A DNA stretch of 64,000 nt from Candidatus Peregrinibacteria bacterium Greene0416_19 (GTDB lineage Bacteria; Patescibacteriota; Gracilibacteria; Peribacterales; Peribacteraceae). The notes under the pieces were generated by a model, which saw only the letters and a program-made list of their open reading frames with translations, ran no database searches and had not been told where the DNA came from. The position numbers and the translations under genes were made by a program. The stretch lies in contig VMEW01000007.1 in the NCBI GenBank assembly GCA_007375735.1, forward strand, positions 1,494 to 65,493, read 5' to 3'. Shown one piece after another: positions 51,093 through 59,163 of this stretch (its first letter is position 1; every line of letters begins with the position of its first letter).

Positions 51093-51371
51093 ATGACTTC
51101 CACTCGTCTTCAGCACCGCATCAATCCCGTCCTCCGCCGTGATGCTGAGGCCATCCTCCGGGCCCAGGGTATCAAGCCTTCGCAGGCAATCATCCTCTTC
51201 TACACCGAGGTGAAGCGCTCCGGAGGACTTCCCTTCGTGCCGTCTCCGGTGCAACCAGCCGAAATTCCGAATGCGCGGTTGCGAAAGGCGATCCGGGAAG
51301 CACGCCAGGGGAAAGGCGTGCGGACGTACACCAGCAAGAAAGCGTTCTTCGATTCCCTCAAACGCCTGTGA
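51093..51371 (+). CDS. dinJ: Type II antitoxin, DinJ/RelB family
   Basis: TRLQHRINPVLRRDAEAILRAQGIKPSQAIILFYTEV. It overlaps the toxin gene by 4 nt. Confidence 0.75.
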   Translation: MTSTRLQHRINPVLRRDAEAILRAQGIKPSQAIILFYTEVKRSGGLPFVPSPVQPAEIPNARLRKAIREARQGKGVRTYTSKKAFFDSLKRL

Positions 51372-51658
51372 CGAGACGGAAATTCCGGCAAACGAAACAG
51401 TTCCGTCGGGACTACGCCAAGATGAAGCGCTCCGGCAGGAAGATATCGAAGCTCCATGCGGTCATTGATCTGCTCATGGACGGGAAGCCTCTGCCGCTGA
51501 AGTATCACGACCACGAACTGCAGGGCGCATGGAAAGGCGTACGGGATTGCCACATCGGGGGAGACTGGCTGCTACTGTACGAACTGAGCAGAGGCGCTGA
51601 CGGAAATGAGATCGTCACGTTCCACGCGACGGATACGCATGAGAATCTCTTTGGCTAA
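51368..51658 (+). CDS. yafQ: Type II toxin, YafQ/RelE family
   Basis: QFRRDYAKMKRSG and DHELQGAWKGVRDCHIGGDWLLLYE. Confidence 0.85.
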   Translation: MTRRKFRQTKQFRRDYAKMKRSGRKISKLHAVIDLLMDGKPLPLKYHDHELQGAWKGVRDCHIGGDWLLLYELSRGADGNEIVTFHATDTHENLFG

Positions 51659-52069
51659 CTATTCGAACCCGTGCTCGTGCACAATGTCCTCAGCACACTC
51701 GTTGAGAATTCTGTACATCTCCTGCTTCACCTCTGGTGAGGACGGAATGCTTTCCAGACACCTCTGGAGATTCCATAATCCCCCACGGACAATTCCTTCG
51801 TTTGTCGCAACATACTGTAGGTGAGGAATATCGTTTCTGCTCAGTACAGATGTGATTCTCTGGTAGGCTTGGGAAAGGAGCATTGCCATCGCTCTCCCCG
51901 TACGAACCGATAGTTCGCCCGGTGTCCGTTCCATTCCGCTTGCTCGATACGCGGCAGTCAGTTTCGTCACAGCCTTCACGAACGGTCCGCTGGGCAGTGG
52001 AATGGAAGGTGTATTCCTCATGAGGAAGGCAATGTAATAGTGTGAATCTTTATTGTCAAATGACAGCAT
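51659..52069 (-). CDS. Hypothetical protein (136 aa)
   Basis: ORF in a lower-GC stretch. No recognisable domain. Confidence 0.45.
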   Translation of the reverse strand: MLSFDNKDSHYYIAFLMRNTPSIPLPSGPFVKAVTKLTAAYRASGMERTPGELSVRTGRAMAMLLSQAYQRITSVLSRNDIPHLQYVATNEGIVRGGLWNLQRCLESIPSSPEVKQEMYRILNECAEDIVHEHGFE

Positions 52070-52306
52070 TACGGAGAAATCGCTCTACTTCAAAGATGGG
52101 ATATCGGACATAGCCCTGTACCAGATGCTTTCCGGCTGCCAGTAACACAAGAACAACGCATCGGTACAGGGCATCCCAGTAGTACTCGCTTCGTTCGACT
52201 ACGGGACACGTGAACCAGAGCATCCTCGCTTGTGCCAACGTGGCGGTGCCATGAACCGAACGCCGCACTAGAAAAAACGCCGGAGGCGCTGCGGCGTTCT
52301 GGTTCA

Positions 52307-52381
52307 TGGTGGCCCCGGCGGGGATCGAACCTGCATTTACCCCTTAGGAGAGGGTCGTTCTATCCATTGAACTACGGGGCC
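52307..52381 (-). tRNA. tRNA-Arg (anticodon CCT), CCA encoded
   Basis: The minus strand reads GGCCCCG TA GTTC AATGGATA GAAC G ACCCT CTCCTAA GGGGT AAAT GCAGG TTCGATC CCCGC CGGGGCC ACCA. This gives a cloverleaf with a 7-bp acceptor stem, a TTCGATC T-loop and one A-C mismatch in the T-stem. Confidence 0.9.
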
Positions 52382-52427
52382 ATGAAACGCGAGAGACAAA
52401 CCTATCCGACGCTTTATTCAAAAGAAC

Positions 52428-52571
52428 GTTTCCACCGGTTTTCCACCGTTATCCACAGCTCTGTGGAAAACCCTGCGGAACGCATTGTACTATCTTTTGC
52501 TCTTCCGATCAGTATACAGCGCTCATCCAGGCAGCTCGTATTCCACAGTATCCGACCATGAATGTGGAAAA
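52428..52571. promoter_or_regulatory. Cluster of six DnaA-box-like 9-mers
   Basis: TTATCCACA at 52449-57 (perfect). TGTGGAAAA at 52462-70 and 52563-71 (reverse complement TTTTCCACA, fits TTWTNCACA). TTTTCCACC at 52439-47 and TATTCCACA at 52539-47 (1 mismatch each). GTTTCCACC at 52428-36 (2 mismatches). Confidence 0.55.
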
Positions 52572-52586
52572 CGTACAAGGATTCAG

Positions 52587-54209
52587 ATGGTGAGAGGTAC
52601 TTTTGAAGCGTGGGACAACAGATTGTCTCATGCAGGGCACGGCCGGTCGGCGTTAGAATACATGATGATGATCGAGTGGGTCAGATCGATTCCAGGCATC
52701 GCCGACGGGAATATTGTACATTTTCTGTCGTGGCTCACCGGCATCTCCGGCGAAGGCACCTCCTCCTTCGTCATCAGCCGCTGGGTCTTCCTGCGTGCGC
52801 TTGGGATTATCTACCTCATCGCCTTCGTGTCATTCTGGGTGCAGGCGAAGGGACTCATCGGGAGCAGGGGCATCCTGCCGATTCAGGACATGATGACCGG
52901 GCTCAAGTCGGGGAGTGTTTCCTGGTACCAGTTCCCGACTCTCTTCTGGCTGAGCGGATCCGATACCATGATCCATGTCGTCTGCGCGCTCGGCGTTCTG
53001 AGCTCCATCCTGCTCGTCGCCGGGGTTTTCCCCACATTGAACCTCTTCTTCCTATGGCTTCTCTACCTGTCGCTGGTCACCGCGGGACAGGACTTCATGA
53101 GTTTCCAGTGGGACATCCTGCTGTTGGAAACGGGACTCCTCGCGCTCCTCCTTGCTCCGAGCGCGATCTTGCCTGGATTGGCCCGGGAGACGATGGTGCC
53201 GCCGCTCGCGCTCTTCCTCCTGTGGTTCCTGCTCTTCCGCTTGATGTTTGAGTCAGGTTTCGTGAAGCTCGTGAGCGGCGATTCCTCGTGGCTGGATATG
53301 ACCGCGCTCCGTTATCACTACGAGACTCAGCCGCTTACTACTTGGACGGCGTGGTACATGCACCAGCTTCCGCTCTGGTTCCACTGGCTCTCGACCGTGA
53401 TCATGTACGTGATCGAGCTTGCTCTGCCGTTCCTCTTCTTCGGCACGCCGACGATGCGCCTGATTGCCGCGGCCGGTACAGCCGCTCTCATGATCCTCAT
53501 CTTCCTCACCGGCAACTACAATTTCTTCAACCTACTCACCGTCGCGCTCGCATTTCTCCTCCTCAACGATGCAGCGTGGCGGAAGATGCTGCCGGAAACA
53601 GTCCTCAAGTTCATTGGTGAGAGTGGCTCTCTTGCGCCCCTTTCCCCCTGGTTTGCTTTTCCTGCGGCAGTCATCGGGACTCTTCTCTTCTGGATCGCAG
53701 CGAGCGGATTCATTGGCACGGTCATCCCAGGCGGATCGCTCCCACTTGGCGATCGATTAGCGTCCGTGCTTCGACCTTTCCGCAGCGTGAGCGATTACGG
53801 CCTGTTCCGCGTCATGACCCGCACGCGGCCGGAGATCATCGTCGAGGGAAGCGACGACGGGGAGACATGGAAGCCGTATGCGTTCCGCTGGAAGGCTGGC
53901 GACGTGACGCGGCGGCCCGGCTTCGCGGAGCCGCACCAGCCGCGGCTGGACTGGCAGATGTGGTTCGCGGCACTGTCCGATTATCGTTCTGAATCATGGT
54001 TTCAGAATTTCTTGGTGCGGCTACTCCAGGGGTCGCCGGATGTTCTCGCACTTCTCCGATCGAATCCATTTCCGGATCATCCGCCGCGCTTCGTCCGCTC
54101 ACGGCTTTTCGTGTATCGCTTCACGACCGCAGAGGAGCGGCGCCAGATCGGTGCGTGGTGGCAGAGGGAGGAGCGGGGTCTCTACTCGCCGGTGATGTCC
54201 TTGCGTTGA
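52587..54209 (+). CDS. Lipase maturation factor (LMF1/DUF1222)-family polytopic membrane protein
   Basis: Motifs SFQWDILLLETG, FRLMFESGFVKL, YHYETQPL, DYGLFRVMT, EGSDDGETWKPY and PRLDWQMWFAAL. The start is uncertain (52587 or 52662), and the longer track ORF overlaps the DnaA boxes. Confidence 0.8.
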   Translation: MVRGTFEAWDNRLSHAGHGRSALEYMMMIEWVRSIPGIADGNIVHFLSWLTGISGEGTSSFVISRWVFLRALGIIYLIAFVSFWVQAKGLIGSRGILPIQDMMTGLKSGSVSWYQFPTLFWLSGSDTMIHVVCALGVLSSILLVAGVFPTLNLFFLWLLYLSLVTAGQDFMSFQWDILLLETGLLALLLAPSAILPGLARETMVPPLALFLLWFLLFRLMFESGFVKLVSGDSSWLDMTALRYHYETQPLTTWTAWYMHQLPLWFHWLSTVIMYVIELALPFLFFGTPTMRLIAAAGTAALMILIFLTGNYNFFNLLTVALAFLLLNDAAWRKMLPETVLKFIGESGSLAPLSPWFAFPAAVIGTLLFWIAASGFIGTVIPGGSLPLGDRLASVLRPFRSVSDYGLFRVMTRTRPEIIVEGSDDGETWKPYAFRWKAGDVTRRPGFAEPHQPRLDWQMWFAALSDYRSESWFQNFLVRLLQGSPDVLALLRSNPFPDHPPRFVRSRLFVYRFTTAEERRQIGAWWQREERGLYSPVMSLR

Positions 54210-54272
54210 TGTTGTCCGGAAATCAATGCAACCTTATTGGTGTCTGTGGTTTCGTTTGATAGACTCCGTTCT

Positions 54273-55949
54273 ATGCGCAAATCCCTCCCCGCCCTCACTC
54301 TCAGTCTCTTCGTCCTCCCGGTCATCGTCGCCGCGCTCGACTTCACCGACCGGGCCGATGATTACAGCGATGCGCCGTTCACCAAGGCGGAAGCGGTGGC
54401 CATCAGCGTGCTCACCAATCTGAAAGCGGTGCAGGGAAATCCCGATGGTTCCTTCCAGCCGCGCAGAGCGCTCAATCGGGCGGAGTTCACAAAGATCGCA
54501 CTTCTGAGCAGCGGACTGCAACCGGGGGATGCAGAAGATTGCTTTCCGGATGTTCGGGAGAAGGATTGGTTCAGCGTGTACGTTTGTCGCGCCAAGAAGG
54601 ATGGCATCGTCTCCGGGAACCCAGACGGAACCTTCCATCCCGAGAGGCTGGTCAACTACGCCGAAGCGGTCAAGATTCTTGGCGGCATCTACGAGTACGA
54701 GCTGAAGAAACAGCGTGACGATGAGTGGTTCATGCCGTACGTGCGAGCGGCGGGCGCGCACCGCACTGCGCTGCCGACGTCGGTCGAACCGGGGGATGTC
54801 ATCACCCGAGGCGAAATGGCCCGCCTCGCAGCAGCGTTTCGCGCGGAAGCGGACGGCGAGCTCGATCTCTACCGCGCCGCTGAGCAGGGGAAGGCGCTCT
54901 CGAGTGCCAGCAGTTTCACTTCGAGCGTCTCCTCGACGCCCGCAGGGTCTTCGAGTTCCACGTCATCTTCGGTTTCTTCAAATCCCTCCTCTTCCTCGGC
55001 GATCTCCTCCAGCTCCAGTGCCGCCGCCAACCTGCCTGACTTTCCCAGCAAGAGCCATCTTCTGATGTTCGGCGAGCTGTCGCAGCCGATTGCGGGCGGC
55101 AAGTTCTTCGCGGATAAGGAAGGGTTATTCGTCCAGGGAACCGAAGTGATCATGCGCGAAGAGGCCAAGTCTCTGGATACACTCTTCATGATCGATGAAT
55201 TCGGCAAGCGGATCGGGCAGCTCTACCTGGATCCGCTCGATTCGAACAAGAAGAAGTGGGTCGGCACCTTCTACAGCAGCGGCTCCTACCACATCCCGAA
55301 AGCGACGGAGCGGGTGTTGGGGATTCAGGCGCGCCTGAAGGCCCGCGATAACGGCGGCGTTCCCGGCGAACTCGTCGAAATCAAGACGTTCCGCGTCACC
55401 TCGCTCGGCGAGGACAGCGGAGCCACGTACAACGCCTTCGCTCCGGATGCATTCTTCCCCAAAAACCGCGCCGTGCAGGGCAAAATCGTGTCCGTGAAAA
55501 ACGCGCTCGCCGAAAAGGACACGTTCATCCTGGGACAGAACCAGCTTATCGCCGCCTTCACCGTTACATCTGCCTCCATCCCGCCGACCAAGGTTCTCAT
55601 CAAGCGTTTTTCCTTCAACGTCAGTAAGTCGTCCGGCGTATCGGTCATCAATTGGCAGCTGGGAATGGTAGACTCACCGGTGCGTACTTCCTGTTCGGTG
55701 GGTGACTCGCTCATCAACTGTCTGGGGATCATGGAAGAGATGGGCACCGTTGCCGGTGGCAGCCGCACCTACCGGCTCTTCGGGGATGTCACGCTCGATC
55801 AGGGGGTGAAGGACCCATTCCTGCAGGTGTCCCTCAACGACCCGGGCACCGTGACCACGCAGGGGGACATCGAGTGGACCGATGAAGCAGCCACCTTCAG
55901 CTGGATCGAAGTGCCTATGCCGATTATGCGGGCAACCCTGTGGAAGTAA
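54273..55949 (+). CDS. S-layer-homology (SLH) domain surface protein
   Basis: Signal peptide MRKSLPALTLSLFVLPVIVAA. Two or three SLH-like repeats (GNPDGSFQPRRALNRAEFTKI, FPDVREKDWFSVYV, GNPDGTFHPERLVNYAEAVKI). A Ser-rich linker, then a beta-rich C-terminal region. Confidence 0.8.
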   Translation: MRKSLPALTLSLFVLPVIVAALDFTDRADDYSDAPFTKAEAVAISVLTNLKAVQGNPDGSFQPRRALNRAEFTKIALLSSGLQPGDAEDCFPDVREKDWFSVYVCRAKKDGIVSGNPDGTFHPERLVNYAEAVKILGGIYEYELKKQRDDEWFMPYVRAAGAHRTALPTSVEPGDVITRGEMARLAAAFRAEADGELDLYRAAEQGKALSSASSFTSSVSSTPAGSSSSTSSSVSSNPSSSSAISSSSSAAANLPDFPSKSHLLMFGELSQPIAGGKFFADKEGLFVQGTEVIMREEAKSLDTLFMIDEFGKRIGQLYLDPLDSNKKKWVGTFYSSGSYHIPKATERVLGIQARLKARDNGGVPGELVEIKTFRVTSLGEDSGATYNAFAPDAFFPKNRAVQGKIVSVKNALAEKDTFILGQNQLIAAFTVTSASIPPTKVLIKRFSFNVSKSSGVSVINWQLGMVDSPVRTSCSVGDSLINCLGIMEEMGTVAGGSRTYRLFGDVTLDQGVKDPFLQVSLNDPGTVTTQGDIEWTDEAATFSWIEVPMPIMRATLWK

Positions 55950-56158
55950 TCGTTGCGTCTGAGAATCGTTGCTCGTTGCTTGATGAGGATGCCGAACGAG
56001 CAAGAGCACGCAAAACACTATGAATCTCTTGATCGTTGGATTTTTTGTGACTACAATTGGCCTAGATGGTTTTCCGCTCTCTGCGGATTGTCGGCATCGT
56101 CATCGCCTCTGCTTACGCGGGGAGATAGGATGCTGTCGTCGTTTCCTTTCCACTCCCT

Positions 56159-56180
56159 CCCCGCGCAGCGGGTTTTTTTT
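56159..56180 (+). terminator. Intrinsic terminator (GC stem plus T8)
   Basis: CCCCGC GCA GCGGG followed by TTTTTTTT (56173-56180). Confidence 0.6.
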
Positions 56181-56182
56181 GT

Positions 56183-56707
56183 ATGTCCACCTACCGAGGA
56201 ACATTGTTGGAATTGGCGAATCGCGTGCTCGACGAGACGAGCCCGGAAAACATCATGCGTCATCATATCGCCTGCGTGGAAACACCAACCACGTTGGAAG
56301 AAATAAACCAGCCATTCAAGAATGATGAGCGAACGGCCGATCGATGGCGTGCCGTGCACTTCTACGTCGAAGCGCATGTACGCTCCGCACTTGCTCATGC
56401 TTTCCGTTACAGGAGGCTGAAAAAGTCAGTTACGAAGCGGGTTCGATTGCTCATGCGACAAGCCTTGAATCCAAAGAGTAAGAACCTGATTCAGGAGATG
56501 AATGAATACATGCGCCGATGCTCGAGAATGAATAACGGTCGAGTATCTCCAGTTCTCGCCAATTTCAACATCTTTCGTCAGGCGCTCTTGCGATGGCAAG
56601 CCGTACTTCAGTTATTGCAAGAAAGCGAGCAACCCCCGGAGATACGGCAACTCTTTTATAAAGTCCATGAGCCTCTCAATGCGACACCCCCTTCCCATGC
56701 AAACTAA
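56183..56707 (+). CDS. Hypothetical protein (174 aa)
   Basis: ORF only. Its ATG sits 2 nt after a terminator T-run, so either the start or the gene itself is uncertain. Confidence 0.4.
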   Translation: MSTYRGTLLELANRVLDETSPENIMRHHIACVETPTTLEEINQPFKNDERTADRWRAVHFYVEAHVRSALAHAFRYRRLKKSVTKRVRLLMRQALNPKSKNLIQEMNEYMRRCSRMNNGRVSPVLANFNIFRQALLRWQAVLQLLQESEQPPEIRQLFYKVHEPLNATPPSHAN

Positions 56708-56720
56708 TGCTCCATCCATC

Positions 56721-57848
56721 ATGGCTGATCCACGATTCGAGCGACGGACATCCGCTGAGCCTCTCAACGTCTGTGTCCGCGGCGCCGGAGGACTGCTTGG
56801 TCATCGCATTGTTCGTGAGATCTGTCGAAGTCAAGCGGACATGCGCGTGCGCTGCGTGGTACTCAGCACCGATCAAGAAAGCTATCAGCGGTTCCGTCAG
56901 ACCGCCATGGTGCTGGATGAACGTCGGCACTTGGATCCTGCGCTCACTTTGCTCATCGATGCGCGGCAACGGGAAGCGCAGTCGCTAGGCTCGTCGTGGG
57001 TCGGGCCGTGGCAGCTCAAGCCGCTCGACCAAGGATTCAATGAATTGCAGCAAACCGATGCGATCATCGACGCCTCGATCCTGAAGAATGGAGATTCCCT
57101 CGCTGGTTTCTATGAACAGTACAGTCTCACGCGGCCGGTCATTCGGCAGTCGGGTACCTACCCCGCTTACCACTCGCTCGCGCCTCCATTCGAGCCTCGG
57201 TTACAGGCGGATGCGCCGCATCAATACCGGCAAGGCGATTGCCTCGTTTCGGGTGTCGTGCCCGTTCTTCACGCTTTCCGTGGCGATCTACAGCATGTGC
57301 TCATGATTGTCGCAATTCAAAAGCAACAACGTCTCAACGATTACACGTTGCGGTCGAACCTCGAGGAGTTCCGCATCGATTGCCGTCTCAATGCAATGGT
57401 CGAGAGGTATCTCCGCGACCTCATGCCAACGACAGCATTCCGCGTGAAGACAATTCAGGTGCCCGGTCACGATTATTATCTCTGTGATTGTGAGATGACA
57501 CTTCGCAACACTATTCCCTACGACGATCTCATCGATCGTCTGCGGCAGCAGCCCCGACTTGCGCTTTTGTTCTCGCCTATGCCTATCAGCACATCTGCAT
57601 TACAGCACTTGATACACGAACAACGCACGGAGAATGGAATCCCTCTCCAGCCGATCATCTGCTTCGCACACCGAGATCATCTCAATATCGATGGCCCCCA
57701 ATGCACGCTGCGGTTCGCTATCTATTCCAAGGCCATCACCGTGCTGCCGAATATCGACAGCGCCCGCGCGCTCTGTACGAGGATGCCGATGATCAATGCC
57801 ATGCGGCGGACGGATGAGTACGCAGGGTTTGCGTCGAATGTGCTCTAA
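56721..57848 (+). CDS. Divergent archaeal-type (class II) glyceraldehyde-3-phosphate dehydrogenase-like protein
   Basis: The N-terminus VCVRGAGGLLGHRIVREI is Rossmann GxGxxG. QGDCLVSGVVPVL aligns by eye with the SCNTTGL catalytic-Cys segment, VKTIQVPGHDYYLCDCEMTL with VPTTLMHxHxV, and ITVLPNIDSARAL with VVPENIDAIRA. Confidence 0.5.
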   Translation: MADPRFERRTSAEPLNVCVRGAGGLLGHRIVREICRSQADMRVRCVVLSTDQESYQRFRQTAMVLDERRHLDPALTLLIDARQREAQSLGSSWVGPWQLKPLDQGFNELQQTDAIIDASILKNGDSLAGFYEQYSLTRPVIRQSGTYPAYHSLAPPFEPRLQADAPHQYRQGDCLVSGVVPVLHAFRGDLQHVLMIVAIQKQQRLNDYTLRSNLEEFRIDCRLNAMVERYLRDLMPTTAFRVKTIQVPGHDYYLCDCEMTLRNTIPYDDLIDRLRQQPRLALLFSPMPISTSALQHLIHEQRTENGIPLQPIICFAHRDHLNIDGPQCTLRFAIYSKAITVLPNIDSARALCTRMPMINAMRRTDEYAGFASNVL

Positions 57849-57851
57849 GCC

Positions 57852-58703
57852 TCACAAGGCACCCTGTAACTCCTTTGCCATCTCCTTTGCCGCTTTCATG
57901 GCCGCCTCCTTCCAATCCTTCCCTTTCGATGCGTAGATGATCGAGCGTGAGGCGTTGACGATCGCGCCCGTCCCATTCGGAATGAATCCGTGCTTCACCT
58001 CCTGCGCCGTGCCGCCCTGCGCGCCGTAGCCGGGGATGAGGAACGGAATGTGCGGCATGAGCGTGCGCAGGTACTTGAGTTCCTCCGGGTACGTCGCACC
58101 CACGACGGCGCCGACACATGACAGGTTCGATTGTGAGCCGAAGTGTTGCGCTCCCCAACTTTCCACAAGTTGTGCGAGGTGTTCATGGACCACTTCGTCG
58201 CCGACCGGAAGATCCTGCAACTCGCCCGAACTTGGATTGCTCGTCTTCACGAGGATGAAGATGCCCTTGTCGTTCTTCGTGCAGCGCTCGACGAACGGCT
58301 TGATGCCGTCGGAGCCGAGGTATGGGTTCACCGTGATGGCGTCGACGGGACTCTCTTCGTACAGGTATGCGTCTGCGTACGCCTCGCACGTGGAGCCGAT
58401 GTCACTGCGCTTGCCATCGGCGATGACAATCATTCCCTGTTCCCTGGCATACCGGCAAGTATCCCAGAACACTTTCATGCCTTCCCAGCCGAGCAGCTCG
58501 TAGTACGCAAGCTGCGGCTTCACCGAACAGGCGATGTTTTTCGTCGCGTCGATGATTCCCTTGTTAAAGGCGAGAACTCCTTCGGGGTCTTTTGAAATTC
58601 CCTCGGGCAATTTCTCAAGTTGCGGATCGAGGCCGATGCAGACGGGGGATTTTTGTTGAGCGGCCTTCGTCAGCGCGTCCGCGAAGTGCATGGATGTCAC
58701 CAT
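57852..58703 (-). CDS. pyrF: Orotidine 5'-phosphate decarboxylase, type 2
   Basis: VCIGLDP, VKPQLAYYE, IADGKRSDIGST, IPGYGAQGG. Confidence 0.9.
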   Translation of the reverse strand: MVTSMHFADALTKAAQQKSPVCIGLDPQLEKLPEGISKDPEGVLAFNKGIIDATKNIACSVKPQLAYYELLGWEGMKVFWDTCRYAREQGMIVIADGKRSDIGSTCEAYADAYLYEESPVDAITVNPYLGSDGIKPFVERCTKNDKGIFILVKTSNPSSGELQDLPVGDEVVHEHLAQLVESWGAQHFGSQSNLSCVGAVVGATYPEELKYLRTLMPHIPFLIPGYGAQGGTAQEVKHGFIPNGTGAIVNASRSIIYASKGKDWKEAAMKAAKEMAKELQGAL

Positions 58704-58734
58704 ACAAGAGTGCCAGGTCCTGCGCCAGATTGCC

Positions 58735-59163
58735 TTACCGGATCATCTCTCCCCGTGCCAACCTTTCTGATTCGAGTTTTTCGAACACCCGTCGGTGGAC
58801 TGCATCGTCGCCTTCTTCCAGCAAGAGATGCGCGAGTTCGGCGCGGAACCGGATGGAATCATCGAGAGCTTTCCTGCGGTCAGCGTCCTCTCCGATGGGG
58901 ATGGAACCGATGGTCTCCGCGCACCGGTCAAACAGATCGGTGCCGGTTCTCGCCAGCCCACGCGCCACCGCCAGGTTCTCCATTCCCAGATAGTGGATGT
59001 AGATGGCATCCCATGCCTTTCTGACGAGCATGCGCAAGCGGGAGACATCGGGATATGGCGTCGTGTCCCCGTCCGGCAGCGCTTCAGACAGCTCCGTGAG
59101 CGCCGAGACTACGCCGGGAGCGCTGACCCAATGAGGGTCGTTCTTCGTCATGGTGGCGATCAT
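58735..59163 (-). CDS. Hypothetical protein (142 aa)
   Basis: ORF with coding-like composition. No recognisable domain. Confidence 0.5.
   Translation of the reverse strand: MIATMTKNDPHWVSAPGVVSALTELSEALPDGDTTPYPDVSRLRMLVRKAWDAIYIHYLGMENLAVARGLARTGTDLFDRCAETIGSIPIGEDADRRKALDDSIRFRAELAHLLLEEGDDAVHRRVFEKLESERLARGEMIR

Noticed and set aside
52056-52307. 83-aa ORF abutting the 3' end of tRNA-Arg
   Set aside because: It ends exactly at the tRNA boundary and overlaps the neighbouring ORF by 14 nt. It has no motifs and is too weak to report as a gene.
52428-52571. Calling the DnaA-box cluster the chromosomal origin outright
   Set aside because: dnaA, dnaN and a clear AT-rich unwinding element are absent. 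My spot checks of G versus C content on either side were inconclusive. It is reported only as a candidate that needs GC-skew and coverage analysis.
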